From: a virus
Lineage: Duplodnaviria > Caudoviricetes
DNA length: 42,027 nt
Virus record (IMG/VR): IMGVR_UViG_3300031965_000067
Span: 1 to 42,027 of that record
Reading direction: 5' to 3' (one strand)
The notes beneath the pieces were generated by a model. That model did not search any database. It saw only the letters and a list, made by a program, of their open reading frames with translations, and was not told the origin of the DNA. Within the stretch, counting starts at the first letter, position 1; every line of letters starts with the position of its first letter. Positions 1 through 8,623 of the stretch are shown in pieces. A program made the position numbers and the translations under genes.

Positions 1-127
1 TATGACAATATCGAAGCTGTGGTCAAAGTGCACGGTCACGGGGGGAAAACAGTAGTAATCTATGTCGACGATGCTCATTTTGAGCCTGAAAACAAGTTTG
101 TAAAGCCCAAAACGGGCGAGGAGGATT
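1..127. repeat. Terminal direct repeat, copy 1 (circular assembly overlap)
   Basis: 1-127 identical to 41901-42027; 127 is a common assembler k-mer, and an ORF reads straight through the junction. Confidence 0.97.
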
Positions 128-128
128 T

Positions 129-275
129 ATGAAAAATTGGAGAAAGGGTCACGCACCTTTTAGTTCAACTGAAATTACAAAAATATGCGTCATAGTAATA
201 CTGGCTATCATTCTTTCACCTATTTGGCTTCCAGTTGTGGTCGTTGTAGAAATGGTGAAACTATTTGAGGAATAA
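129..275 (+). CDS. Small membrane protein (48 aa)
   Basis: Hand-translated MKNWRKGHAPFSSTEITKICVIVILAIILSPIWLPVVVVVEMVKLFEE; GAGGAG SD; ATGA overlap with the upstream gene; one hydrophobic segment. Confidence 0.7.
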   Translation: MKNWRKGHAPFSSTEITKICVIVILAIILSPIWLPVVVVVEMVKLFEE

Positions 276-326
276 AAAAACCCCAGGTTACTCTTGGGCC
301 TACTTAAAAATTAAAAGGAGAATTAA

Positions 327-560
327 ATGGCTTTTATATCGGAAGAAAATGAAGAATTTGTCGTTAGAAATGGCAGGGACTTTAACATAGTTGAAATATA
401 CAAAACAGAATCAGAGGCCCGTGATCTGGTGGATTGCTTTCATAAAAAATTTAAACCCATGGCGAAATACAGGGGAGAAACCGCACTAAAAAGGTTCCAT
501 GACTGGCAAGAGAAAAATCATTGCCCGCATTGTGGGAAAAACATAAAGGAACCTAAATAA
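327..560 (+). CDS. Hypothetical protein with C-terminal CPHCG knuckle
   Basis: AAGGAG SD; last gene of the plus-strand arm. Confidence 0.75.
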   Translation: MAFISEENEEFVVRNGRDFNIVEIYKTESEARDLVDCFHKKFKPMAKYRGETALKRFHDWQEKNHCPHCGKNIKEPK

Positions 561-580
561 AAAACCCCCCAGGTGGGGGC
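559..580 (-). terminator. Intrinsic terminator of the late (minus-strand) arm
   Basis: Minus strand GCCCCC-ACCT-GGGGGG-TTTTTT at the point where the two arms converge. Confidence 0.75.
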
Positions 581-594
581 AAAGTCATGGATAC

Positions 595-640
595 AACCCC
601 TAGACGACCCATAAAAGTTTAGGTCACTTTGGGGTTTTTT
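595..640 (+). terminator. Possible terminator of the plus-strand arm
   Basis: Imperfect long hairpin AACCCC..GACC..GGTC..GGGGTT followed by a T run. Confidence 0.45.
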
Positions 641-644
641 GCCT

Positions 645-797
645 TTAAGCAAAGTTAATAATCTTGTTTTTTGTCTTTCTTTTTTTTGGTAAAGTCTTCT
701 TTTTATCTTTGTGCTCTGACTCAGGTTTTAAGTCTTCTAATCTCGGCCGATGCCATAAAGTATCTTCTATTGATAAGTGCTTTTCTTTTTTTTTCAC
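645..797 (-). CDS. Small Lys-rich hypothetical protein (50 aa)
   Basis: Hand-translated GTG-start ORF MKKKEKHLSIEDTLWHRPRLEDLK..., GTGA overlap with 794..1381. Confidence 0.4.
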   Translation of the reverse strand: MKKKEKHLSIEDTLWHRPRLEDLKPESEHKDKKKTLPKKRKTKNKIINFA

Positions 798-1381
798 TTA
801 CCCTGTCTTTCCTTCGATTCTTCTGTAAGTTTTTCCCAAAGCTCTGTCAAGCTCGGCTCAGGTTCGAGATTCGATTGCTCCTCATTTTTTTCTTTCACCG
901 ATGCAGTAATTGCACCTACAACATGGCTTTTATCGGGTTTTGCCCCATAGAGCCTTTCCCAAAGAGACTCAAAGAGGGAGACCCCGATTTCAAGCTTGTG
1001 GGCCGATATCAGGTCTTTGAGCTCTTTGGGTAGGCCCAGGAGAAAATCTTTATAATTTTTGCCAGCCCAAAGTTTTAAATCATCCTTTGAGAAATTGGTA
1101 TCACCTCGTAAAATGGCGTTTAAAATAAACCGAATTTTGGCAGGGTCGGTCATCGAGGCTTCGGTAAACTCGACGGCATAACTTATCAGATCCGAATATG
1201 CTTCCTGGAGATTATCTGGGAGAATGTCCCCTAGTTTTTCTTCAATGTAATCGTCGAGCAACCCTAATTTAACTCCGAACGGCCTAATATAATTTTCGAA
1301 AAATTTTCCTATTTTGCGAGATATGGTGGGGGCAAATTGCTTTATCCCCCAACCTATGCCAGTTTTTAAAAAAAAGTTCAT
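794..1381 (-). CDS. Hypothetical protein downstream of lysin
   Basis: 195-aa ORF, GGAG SD, coupled to the amidase stop. Confidence 0.75.
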   Translation of the reverse strand: MNFFLKTGIGWGIKQFAPTISRKIGKFFENYIRPFGVKLGLLDDYIEEKLGDILPDNLQEAYSDLISYAVEFTEASMTDPAKIRFILNAILRGDTNFSKDDLKLWAGKNYKDFLLGLPKELKDLISAHKLEIGVSLFESLWERLYGAKPDKSHVVGAITASVKEKNEEQSNLEPEPSLTELWEKLTEESKERQGK

Positions 1382-1968
1382 TATTTTTTTTCTCCTTTTT
1401 TGGGTAGACCCAAAACAAAATCTATCAATTCCGCAATGTAAATCTCCCTTTTTTCCAGAATTATTTTTGAGTCATCCCTGTTGGAAAAAAAACATGGCTC
1501 CCATAGTTGGGCTGGACAAGGAACCCCTCTCAAAAAATGGTAGGCCCTGTCGCTCTTTTTTGCCTTTTTGATTCCCCTATTTTTCGTCCCCAGAGCCAGG
1601 GAAATGTTTTTAACGGCCATACCTGCAAGGAGTAAATTGAAAGCTGTGGTCCCCTCATAGACCCAAATTTCTGAGCCATTGGCTTGGGGGTTATCCGATG
1701 AATTGCAATGTAGTTCTATTGCAAAATCAATTTTAAGCCTCTTTACAGACTGGCAAAGCTCGTTTATCGCTTGGTGCTCGCCGATTGTTTGGTTCGGTCT
1801 TAAAATGAGCTGGGCTGACCTTTCCCCGTTACCTTTTGAGATTTTATTGATTTCATTGACTGCCGAGATAGCCACAGACTCATTAAAGTCATATTCCCAT
1901 TTCTGAATAAATGGGGAAAATGCCCCCCTGTGTGAGGGTCTGTGACCCGGTATAATCGCAATTTTCAT
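1381..1968 (-). CDS. Endolysin, N-acetylmuramoyl-L-alanine amidase (Amidase_3 family)
   Basis: Zn-binding pattern IAIIPGH..E(YDFN)..ELHCNS..GSE..EPCF; catalytic domain only. Confidence 0.92.
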   Translation of the reverse strand: MKIAIIPGHRPSHRGAFSPFIQKWEYDFNESVAISAVNEINKISKGNGERSAQLILRPNQTIGEHQAINELCQSVKRLKIDFAIELHCNSSDNPQANGSEIWVYEGTTAFNLLLAGMAVKNISLALGTKNRGIKKAKKSDRAYHFLRGVPCPAQLWEPCFFSNRDDSKIILEKREIYIAELIDFVLGLPKKGEKK

Positions 1969-2241
1969 TTATCTAAACTTCCTGAAAAATCTTCGGATTT
2001 TTCGGTGGAACCAATGCCGTTCCTCCCCTGAACCAATTCTATCAAAATTTTTCAACTCAAACGGGATTTCTTCTCCCGCCCATTCACATCTCATCAATTT
2101 GCAATCAGGGCATTCCCAAAAAAAAGTGTCTTCCGGCCAAATTGCCAGGTAAATTATCTCGCATTCCAAACATGCCAGATACCCTTTACAGTGCGGCTTA
2201 AGCCGGTTTATCGGGATTATCGGAGCCATTTTTTCAGCCAT
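1969..2241 (-). CDS. Small Zn-ribbon protein
   Basis: CLEC...CPDC; ATG at 2241 has a GGGAG SD (ORF track starts at 2259). Confidence 0.65.
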   Translation of the reverse strand: MAEKMAPIIPINRLKPHCKGYLACLECEIIYLAIWPEDTFFWECPDCKLMRCEWAGEEIPFELKNFDRIGSGEERHWFHRKIRRFFRKFR

Positions 2242-2266
2242 TTGAATCTCCCATTCCACCTGGATT

Positions 2267-2611
2267 TTAACTTCCGCCCAAGAGGGTTAGTATTTTTTGG
2301 AAAGTAGGTATGTCCATTTTGCCTACCATCAAAAGGAGGAAAAGAAATACGATAATGCTGTTAATAGTGCCCGAAACCTGCCCCAAATACCCTTGGTTTG
2401 GATTATCTGTTTTTGTGCCATTGGTTTTTGTTAGTGATGATATTTCTCTCTTCATATCTTTCACGTCTTCGCTCATTGCCGTAATTATCTCTAATTTGCT
2501 CTCAACCATGTCTAACCTCCTTTCCAAACCCTCTATCCCTGCTTTGATTTTCTCGTTATTTATCCGGCATGTAGCCGGGCTGTCACCGTTCTTTTCCAAT
2601 TCGATTGGCAT
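2267..2611 (-). CDS. Putative holin-like membrane protein (coiled coil plus C-terminal TM)
   Basis: Heptad region GIEGLERRLDMVESKLE and hydrophobic IIVFLFLLLMVG; lies two genes upstream of the amidase. Confidence 0.55.
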   Translation of the reverse strand: MPIELEKNGDSPATCRINNEKIKAGIEGLERRLDMVESKLEIITAMSEDVKDMKREISSLTKTNGTKTDNPNQGYLGQVSGTINSIIVFLFLLLMVGKMDIPTFQKILTLLGGS

Positions 2612-3089
2612 TTTTAATTCCCTTGATTGGGTTTCCAGTTTTTTTCAAAATCAAAAATGTTTCGGAGCCAATAACTCGGTATGCTCTGTGGCTTTCTAAG
2701 CATGGGCCCAATCCCTCCCAAGGGTCCAGGATAACCGTTTCAGAGGAATGACCTGGGCAATGAATTCTAACTCTTACCGTCTCCAAACCATAAAAATCTG
2801 GGCCATTAACAATTTTGTTTCCCGGTCTATTTTCATCCATTGGGTTTAAAATTCTATTTGACAATAATTTTATTTCAAAAAAGTTTTCATTACTAGAAAA
2901 AGCAAAATTAGAATTAGTGATTCCATTCAAATCATAAAACCAGTGATTTTCGATCTCTACGGTAGATGTAGAGTTTTTTGCTTGCCAATCAATAGCCATC
3001 TGGTTTTCAGTAATGCTGAAACAGTCGGCAAAAATAGGAATTGGAATAAAAAAAATAAAAATGAGGAAAAATTTAATATCTCTTAACAT
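2583..3089 (-). CDS. Exported hypothetical protein
   Basis: Likely start MLRDIKFFLIFIFFIPIPIFA-DC (ATG 3089), signal-peptide-like. Confidence 0.65.
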   Translation of the reverse strand: MLRDIKFFLIFIFFIPIPIFADCFSITENQMAIDWQAKNSTSTVEIENHWFYDLNGITNSNFAFSSNENFFEIKLLSNRILNPMDENRPGNKIVNGPDFYGLETVRVRIHCPGHSSETVILDPWEGLGPCLESHRAYRVIGSETFLILKKTGNPIKGIKNANRIGKER

Positions 3090-3933
3090 CTGAGATCCTG
3101 AATTCTGCAATTTTGCCATTAAAGCTCGCATTAGACACTCCAAGCTCACCGGCATAACCATGGCCCAGGAGCCAATTTGCTGGTGAAGCGGTGAATACAC
3201 CACTGACCGATGTATCCGTTGAGACGGCGTCTGGCTGACCAGAGCCACCCGTTCCATCCATGTTCGTGATGATATCTTCTATTTTATACGCCAGCTCTCC
3301 AGTGGTAGCAGCCGCGTCATACCTCATTACTATGTGTGCCCATTTGTTCGTAAACGTTACTCCTATCTCCGTAAAAATAGCATCAAAATCAGTCGAACCG
3401 TTGTTATACCTTAAGCACCTAAATTTATTGCCGCTGGTTTCGAATACACATTGTATGCCGTTAAGCGGTGAAGAACTAAGATTTCCGAAAATTCTATTAT
3501 TTCCGGTAATCCCAGAAAGATTTACAATCGCATCAATCGAAAAATCTCCAAAAGATGCCACAATAATTGGACTAGAATTATTTTGTAAATAATTTCCGGT
3601 TCCGTTAAATGTCCTTGTTGTAGCCATTATTGAAGTAGTACCTAACGTAACAATTTCGCTTGATGTAGAATCTGTTCCGGTCAATGTGAAGTCCAAATCT
3701 GAAAATTCACTCCCAGATATTGCCGTGTTCGAGTCAAAACCAACAAAATGAATAACGGTGTTCGAATCAGTATCAAAAAAACTCGTTTGAAGATTCAGTC
3801 TATTTTTAGAAACCGTACCAGTTGTAGACAAGTGACCGGCCTCATTATTAAGGGTTCTAACGGTTAAATTCCCTTTTATGAAAATAAAGGCTGCTGGGAT
3901 AATGATTAAAATTAAAAGTAAACGATTGATCAT
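3073..3933 (-). CDS. LamG/concanavalin-A-like lectin domain protein with N-terminal signal/anchor (putative receptor binding)
   Basis: FNGTGNYL, DFSIDAIV, NKWAHIVMRYD, FNGKIAEFRISDVKRY are typical Laminin_G_3 motifs. Confidence 0.85.
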   Translation of the reverse strand: MINRLLLILIIIPAAFIFIKGNLTVRTLNNEAGHLSTTGTVSKNRLNLQTSFFDTDSNTVIHFVGFDSNTAISGSEFSDLDFTLTGTDSTSSEIVTLGTTSIMATTRTFNGTGNYLQNNSSPIIVASFGDFSIDAIVNLSGITGNNRIFGNLSSSPLNGIQCVFETSGNKFRCLRYNNGSTDFDAIFTEIGVTFTNKWAHIVMRYDAAATTGELAYKIEDIITNMDGTGGSGQPDAVSTDTSVSGVFTASPANWLLGHGYAGELGVSNASFNGKIAEFRISDVKRY

Positions 3934-4679
3934 TCTGTTGAGACCTCCCCATAAGCAGGATAAAAATAAAGTGCGTCATCGTGAGTATCGGCGGTATTTG
4001 CCCCCACTCTAAAAATTTGAAGGTAAAGAAGATCCCCAGGTGAGGAAAAAGCATTAGAGATTTTAAAATCATCCATAATAACCGTCTGGACCGAGGTTGT
4101 AGCCAAAAGAGTCACTGTTTCAGTCGCAATTATCGTGTAGCTCCCAACCGTCCATTTAGGGGTCCCTGAGCCAATTCTTTGCGCCCTTAATTGCAAAACA
4201 GCAGCCGAAGCACCAGGCAAATCTGGGGTAAAAACAGGGAGGATAATTTGAAAAGGATTATCGGTATTCCATTTTAACGGTATTGGTGAATTTCCAAAAT
4301 CCACCCCCTCAAGGGTTGATGAAGCTAAATAGACGGCTTGATAATCGTTAGAAACCGCTCCGTCAGCTCCATTAGCCGTTGGCGATAGAATTGGAAAGGG
4401 CATTGTTTGAGTTGCAAGGCTGGAAGCTGCCCCAGCAGTTGAATTTATAACCAAAGTAACCGAGGCACCAGTTCCCAACATTTGCAAAGAGATATCGGTT
4501 CCAGCCCGAAACCAAAGAATACCTGGACCCTCCTCGCTTCCACCCTCTACTCCGTAGGTAGTCGTGGCCGTGATGGTATCTTTTTGGGAAAACTTTACTC
4601 CACCGGTCATTCCCTGGTCGGAAAAAAGAGGAAAAGGGAGGGAAATGAAAAGAAAAAAAACAAGCACAAAACTTCCCAT
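3930..4679 (-). CDS. Signal-peptide beta-rich virion-associated protein (paralog 3)
   Basis: Likely start MGSFVLVFFLFISLPFPLFS-DQ; C-terminal domain with R....ADTH motif shared with neighbours. Confidence 0.75.
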   Translation of the reverse strand: MGSFVLVFFLFISLPFPLFSDQGMTGGVKFSQKDTITATTTYGVEGGSEEGPGILWFRAGTDISLQMLGTGASVTLVINSTAGAASSLATQTMPFPILSPTANGADGAVSNDYQAVYLASSTLEGVDFGNSPIPLKWNTDNPFQIILPVFTPDLPGASAAVLQLRAQRIGSGTPKWTVGSYTIIATETVTLLATTSVQTVIMDDFKISNAFSSPGDLLYLQIFRVGANTADTHDDALYFYPAYGEVSTE

Positions 4680-4709
4680 AACCCCCCCTAGCCCCAACCT
4701 AATTTCCAA

Positions 4710-5588
4710 TTATTTTTGGTAACTTCCCTGGAGTCCTACAATGTGGAGGCTATCTCCATGGGTATCGGCTGCGTTACCGGCTGACCTTTCTATGAGAATG
4801 TGGATTCGGTCGTTGATATCCAAAGAACCAGCAGCAATTATGAAAGAGCTATCGCTTGCTAATTGTGCGGTAGTTTGGCTCAAAAGGGTGTTGGTAAAGG
4901 TTCCAATCGAGGTGAATCCGGTGGAGCTATAAAGGGCATTGCCAGCCTTTATGATTTGATATCTTGCAGCGTAAACAACATCGGCCGCTTCCGCTGCGTC
5001 AGGGGTGGCAACCAAAAGATTAAATTTTAAATCCGAGGTTCCGTTCCAATCTTCGGGAAGAATTTCAGCACCAAATATGGCGGCCTGGGTGGCTGTGGAA
5101 CTGAGGTAAATTGTGTGCCTGGTAGTGTCAACCGCTCCGGGTAAAAGGTCTGCTGGTGCCAGAGTAGCAAAGTCGATGGTGCCAGAAGCCTGGGAACCCT
5201 CCAGGGTTGCTCCTGAGCTTTCAACAACCAAATTAAAACCATCACGGTAAATAGTAGTGTTGCCTGCACCGGTTAATGACAAAGGAACTAAAGTTGTGTT
5301 CGAGGCATTATAGCCGTAAAACTGGTCTGTTGTTGGGGAGGCGTTTGAAATTGAGGTCCCCTGAACCTGATTAGCGTTAAAAACCGGGAGGGTTTCGTTT
5401 ACTTCAATTGTAAAGTCATTCAGCCCACCATCAGAAATACTTAGGTTGCCGTCAGTATTTACAATAGTTGGGGAGGCGGTAATTGTGTCTGTTTGTTGAA
5501 AAACTACACCACCAACAAAACCTGGACCGGCAAAAACGGGCTGACCCAGGAACAAAATTGTCATAAAAACAATCAGAATTTTAAACAT
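4710..5588 (-). CDS. Signal-peptide beta-rich virion-associated protein (paralog 2)
   Basis: AGGAG SD then MFKILIVFMTILFLGQPVFA-GP; fibre-like NANQVQGTSISNASPT segment; shared C-terminal domain. Confidence 0.8.
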   Translation of the reverse strand: MFKILIVFMTILFLGQPVFAGPGFVGGVVFQQTDTITASPTIVNTDGNLSISDGGLNDFTIEVNETLPVFNANQVQGTSISNASPTTDQFYGYNASNTTLVPLSLTGAGNTTIYRDGFNLVVESSGATLEGSQASGTIDFATLAPADLLPGAVDTTRHTIYLSSTATQAAIFGAEILPEDWNGTSDLKFNLLVATPDAAEAADVVYAARYQIIKAGNALYSSTGFTSIGTFTNTLLSQTTAQLASDSSFIIAAGSLDINDRIHILIERSAGNAADTHGDSLHIVGLQGSYQK

Positions 5589-5598
5589 TAAATTTCTC

Positions 5599-6864
5599 CT
5601 ATTCATTGATTAAACCCCGAAGTCCGGTGATGTGAACATCGGCCCCGTGGGTGTCCTGGGGGTCCCCCCCGATTCGATTCAAAGAGATCCCAATAAAAAG
5701 ATCCCTCGAAAGGCTGGCTACTGGAATTATAAACCCTGAGCTTGCAAATGTCTGTATCGTTGTTGAAGCCGTTAGAGGAATTGTGAAGGTTCCGACTATA
5801 TTCCAGTTTGAATCTGAAAAAAAGTCGGTTCCGTCCCCTATGGTTTGAATTTTTAACTGGAAAACTGCTGTTGCCACTTCTGAACTGGCAGGCGTTCCCA
5901 GGTAAAGTTTTAGGCTCATCGATGAGGTTTCATCCCATCTATCATCAATTATTTCGGCTCCGAATCTCACTCCTTGCTCGGTGTCTGGGTCGAGAAAAAC
6001 GGTCCCTCTTATCGGGTCAGTTCCCCCCGCCTTTCCGGTCTCGGTACTCGGAGAAATCGCCCTGAAATTTATAGTTTTGGTGGAGGAGGAAACTGAGGTT
6101 CCACCAGAAGCGGTTGAATTTTGCCATTCTGGAAATCCAAGGTTGTTTACGGTTAAAACTTGGCTCTCGGCTCCGATAGGAAGGGATACAAGACTTCCGG
6201 TTTGCCTGTAAATAATGTCCCCGTCCATTGTTGTTGGATCGGTTAAAACTGAATTGGGCACCCACTCAAAACCATCTGAAATTAAAGCCTGACCGGATGT
6301 TGCGGAAGCGTTATTGACAGCCATGCCCTGAATGGAGGTTGCGTCCCCTGAGCCACCTCCCCCACCTGCGGTCGAAATGGTAAAGGTTGTGGAGCCATTT
6401 AAGAAAACTTGCTGAATATCAATACCGGTTCCAGAGGCAAGAAAAACCGTCCCACTTGCCCCGTTAATTGACAGGACCCCAGAGGCAGAACCTCCCCCGC
6501 TTGAATCGGCTAAATCCACCCAGCTAGTTCCATCGTAACCTTGAAAAGTCAGGAGGTCGGTGTCAAACACTATCTCCCCTTGACCTGGTGATAAAGCCGT
6601 CCTGGAGGCTGTAGTGAATTCCCCTATTTTGAGATTTCCAAACCTCCCCCAATAGGCTTCAAGGGTTCCGCTTGCCCTAACCTCAAGTGTGTAGGTCGGG
6701 GTTGCAGAATTGTTGTTAAGTCGCAGTAGGGCCGTGTCTGTGCCCAATTTCCGAAGTCCGTTAATCTCAACCCCGGAATTAAAAACGGAAGGCTCCCCTT
6801 TCCCGTGAAGGATTGAGGGTAAAAGCAAAATAAATAATAAGAGGGTTTTAGTTGAGCCCTGCAT
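5599..6864 (-). CDS. Signal-peptide tail-fibre-like protein (paralog 1)
   Basis: MQGSTKTLLLFILLLPSILHG-KG; fibre motifs GEIVFDTDLLTFQGYDGTSW, GVLSINGASG, DGDIIY..LPIGAESQVL..PEW; shared C-terminal domain. Confidence 0.8.
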   Translation of the reverse strand: MQGSTKTLLLFILLLPSILHGKGEPSVFNSGVEINGLRKLGTDTALLRLNNNSATPTYTLEVRASGTLEAYWGRFGNLKIGEFTTASRTALSPGQGEIVFDTDLLTFQGYDGTSWVDLADSSGGGSASGVLSINGASGTVFLASGTGIDIQQVFLNGSTTFTISTAGGGGGSGDATSIQGMAVNNASATSGQALISDGFEWVPNSVLTDPTTMDGDIIYRQTGSLVSLPIGAESQVLTVNNLGFPEWQNSTASGGTSVSSSTKTINFRAISPSTETGKAGGTDPIRGTVFLDPDTEQGVRFGAEIIDDRWDETSSMSLKLYLGTPASSEVATAVFQLKIQTIGDGTDFFSDSNWNIVGTFTIPLTASTTIQTFASSGFIIPVASLSRDLFIGISLNRIGGDPQDTHGADVHITGLRGLINE

Positions 6865-7066
6865 CTGCCTCCACGCTTCCATCTACTTTCAAATCTCCCT
6901 GTTTGGAACCGTTAACCCCAAGGGTTAAGAGAGTTTGCCCATTTTGAGTTATGAGCAATGGGTCTGAGGTTTGCTCTAAATCCAATTTATCTTTCCTAAC
7001 CCTGCCGTCAGTATCCGTGATAAACCAGCTTGCCTGAATTGTATCCCCATCCTGAATATTTGCCAT
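6848..7066 (-). CDS. Small virion structural protein
   Basis: GGAGG SD; tail module context. Confidence 0.65.
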   Translation of the reverse strand: MANIQDGDTIQASWFITDTDGRVRKDKLDLEQTSDPLLITQNGQTLLTLGVNGSKQGDLKVDGSVEADAGLN

Positions 7067-7067
7067 A

Positions 7068-7499
7068 TTAATCCTCCTTGCAAGATACCCCTACTTCAAT
7101 TCTTGTTTGTCCGTAGGAACTCATTCCTACCGGTGTCACCAGCTTTACATCGATTTGAGCCGAACTGGCTCCCGAAGAAATGTTAGCCAGGGAAACATAA
7201 TTTGTTCCAGGGTCCCCGTTCCCAAAATTCCCCCCGATTGGGGTAAACCCGCTTCCTGAGTCAACTTGTATCCATTGCTCGGTAACTGCCTCCTGTCCAA
7301 ACCCGTTTTGCTGTCCAGTGTAAAGCCCGTTAATGCACCTCGCAAAAAGTCTAACAGCCGTCGCTGTAGCGTCCCCATCGTTTCGAATCTTGAAGGAGAA
7401 TACCGAAATTCCCTCCCCCTCTTCCGCGTCACCAGCAGAAACAAGGTTCGGAATTGTTGTCGATAAAGTAGTGTCATAAATTTCAAGGTTTGCAGGCAT
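7068..7499 (-). CDS. Putative tail/baseplate structural protein
   Basis: beta-rich 143 aa, tail module context. Confidence 0.65.
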   Translation of the reverse strand: MPANLEIYDTTLSTTIPNLVSAGDAEEGEGISVFSFKIRNDGDATATAVRLFARCINGLYTGQQNGFGQEAVTEQWIQVDSGSGFTPIGGNFGNGDPGTNYVSLANISSGASSAQIDVKLVTPVGMSSYGQTRIEVGVSCKED

Positions 7500-7510
7500 C
7501 TCATTTTAGC

Positions 7511-8623
7511 TCAACTCAGTGGTCCGCTCGGCCCAAGAACTTTAGCGAAATCATTGTGACGGTTAGGATTGTAAATTACCACCTCGACCCCCTCATCAAT
7601 TATAGCCCCGAAATCATTCTTAATCGACACCTGTCCGATTTGGCTTTTTACAACTGCCGTCGTTGTCGTGGAGCTAACGACAAAGCCAACCGAAACCGGA
7701 TCTAGGACCCTTGCCCCTTTTTGTCTCCCCCCCTTTAACCATCTTAAAACTCGGTGAACTCTATCGGTGCATTTTTTTGGAATTTTTGCATAATTTATTC
7801 GGGAACACCTGGTAAGCCAAAATCTCCCATCACGGTTTCTGAGAAGGACGACAAATGAGGGAACCCCTAAGCCATCATTAGAACAAAGCCAGACATTTAA
7901 GGTTTTAAAATGACTCCCTGAAACTTTGAAGAATCCACCTTTCACCGAATTGCTTATGTCTTCCTCGGCATTTGCATTAAATGTCCATTTCCCATCTGGG
8001 TATGGACATTCCTCCTCCTCAACTTCCTTTTCTGTCTCGACAAAACCCTCATCGTAGGTAATAAAAATTCTGTCAACATCGTAAGGGTCGGATAAGGGAG
8101 TGAAAAACTGATCACCAAGAACTGATCCTGGGGTGGCAAGAATTATAACTTGACTGCTTCCCCCAACCGTAAATTCAAGAACATTTTGAGCCGTATGATT
8201 TATGGTTGCAGTGACTTCGGCGGATGGGATAAATATCTCTGATTGGCTAAACTGACAAGACGGTAGGCTCGTGATCGGATCGAGGACCAAAATATCAACT
8301 TCAAAATAATGTCTTTTGAAATTTCCATTCCAAGTTAATTCGTGCTCTTCCCCGGAAACATTATCGGTCAATCGAATCGCAAAAGTCTCTATATCCTGCT
8401 CTATATATGGCGTTCCACAAGCCGTTTTATTTATCGTATTAACCACGGTAGTAACCATACCTACCGTGAAATCCCCCCTATCATCTTTCAATTTAACCCG
8501 ACAAGTTGCATTACTAGCGGATTCACCTTGGGACTCGTAATTTATTGTAAGGCTGGTGAATTGGTCTCCAAGCGTTTGAGTGTCACCATTGGCTCCAGGG
8601 TTTGTTTCGGTTATTTGTGGCAT
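7511..8623 (-). CDS. Putative baseplate/tail-tip protein
   Basis: 370 aa immediately after the hub gene. Confidence 0.6.
   Translation of the reverse strand: MPQITETNPGANGDTQTLGDQFTSLTINYESQGESASNATCRVKLKDDRGDFTVGMVTTVVNTINKTACGTPYIEQDIETFAIRLTDNVSGEEHELTWNGNFKRHYFEVDILVLDPITSLPSCQFSQSEIFIPSAEVTATINHTAQNVLEFTVGGSSQVIILATPGSVLGDQFFTPLSDPYDVDRIFITYDEGFVETEKEVEEEECPYPDGKWTFNANAEEDISNSVKGGFFKVSGSHFKTLNVWLCSNDGLGVPSFVVLLRNRDGRFWLTRCSRINYAKIPKKCTDRVHRVLRWLKGGRQKGARVLDPVSVGFVVSSTTTTAVVKSQIGQVSIKNDFGAIIDEGVEVVIYNPNRHNDFAKVLGPSGPLS

Noticed and set aside
1-127. Biological terminal repeats of the virion DNA
   Set aside because: The length equals a common assembly k-mer and the repeat falls mid-gene; best explained as circular contig overlap.
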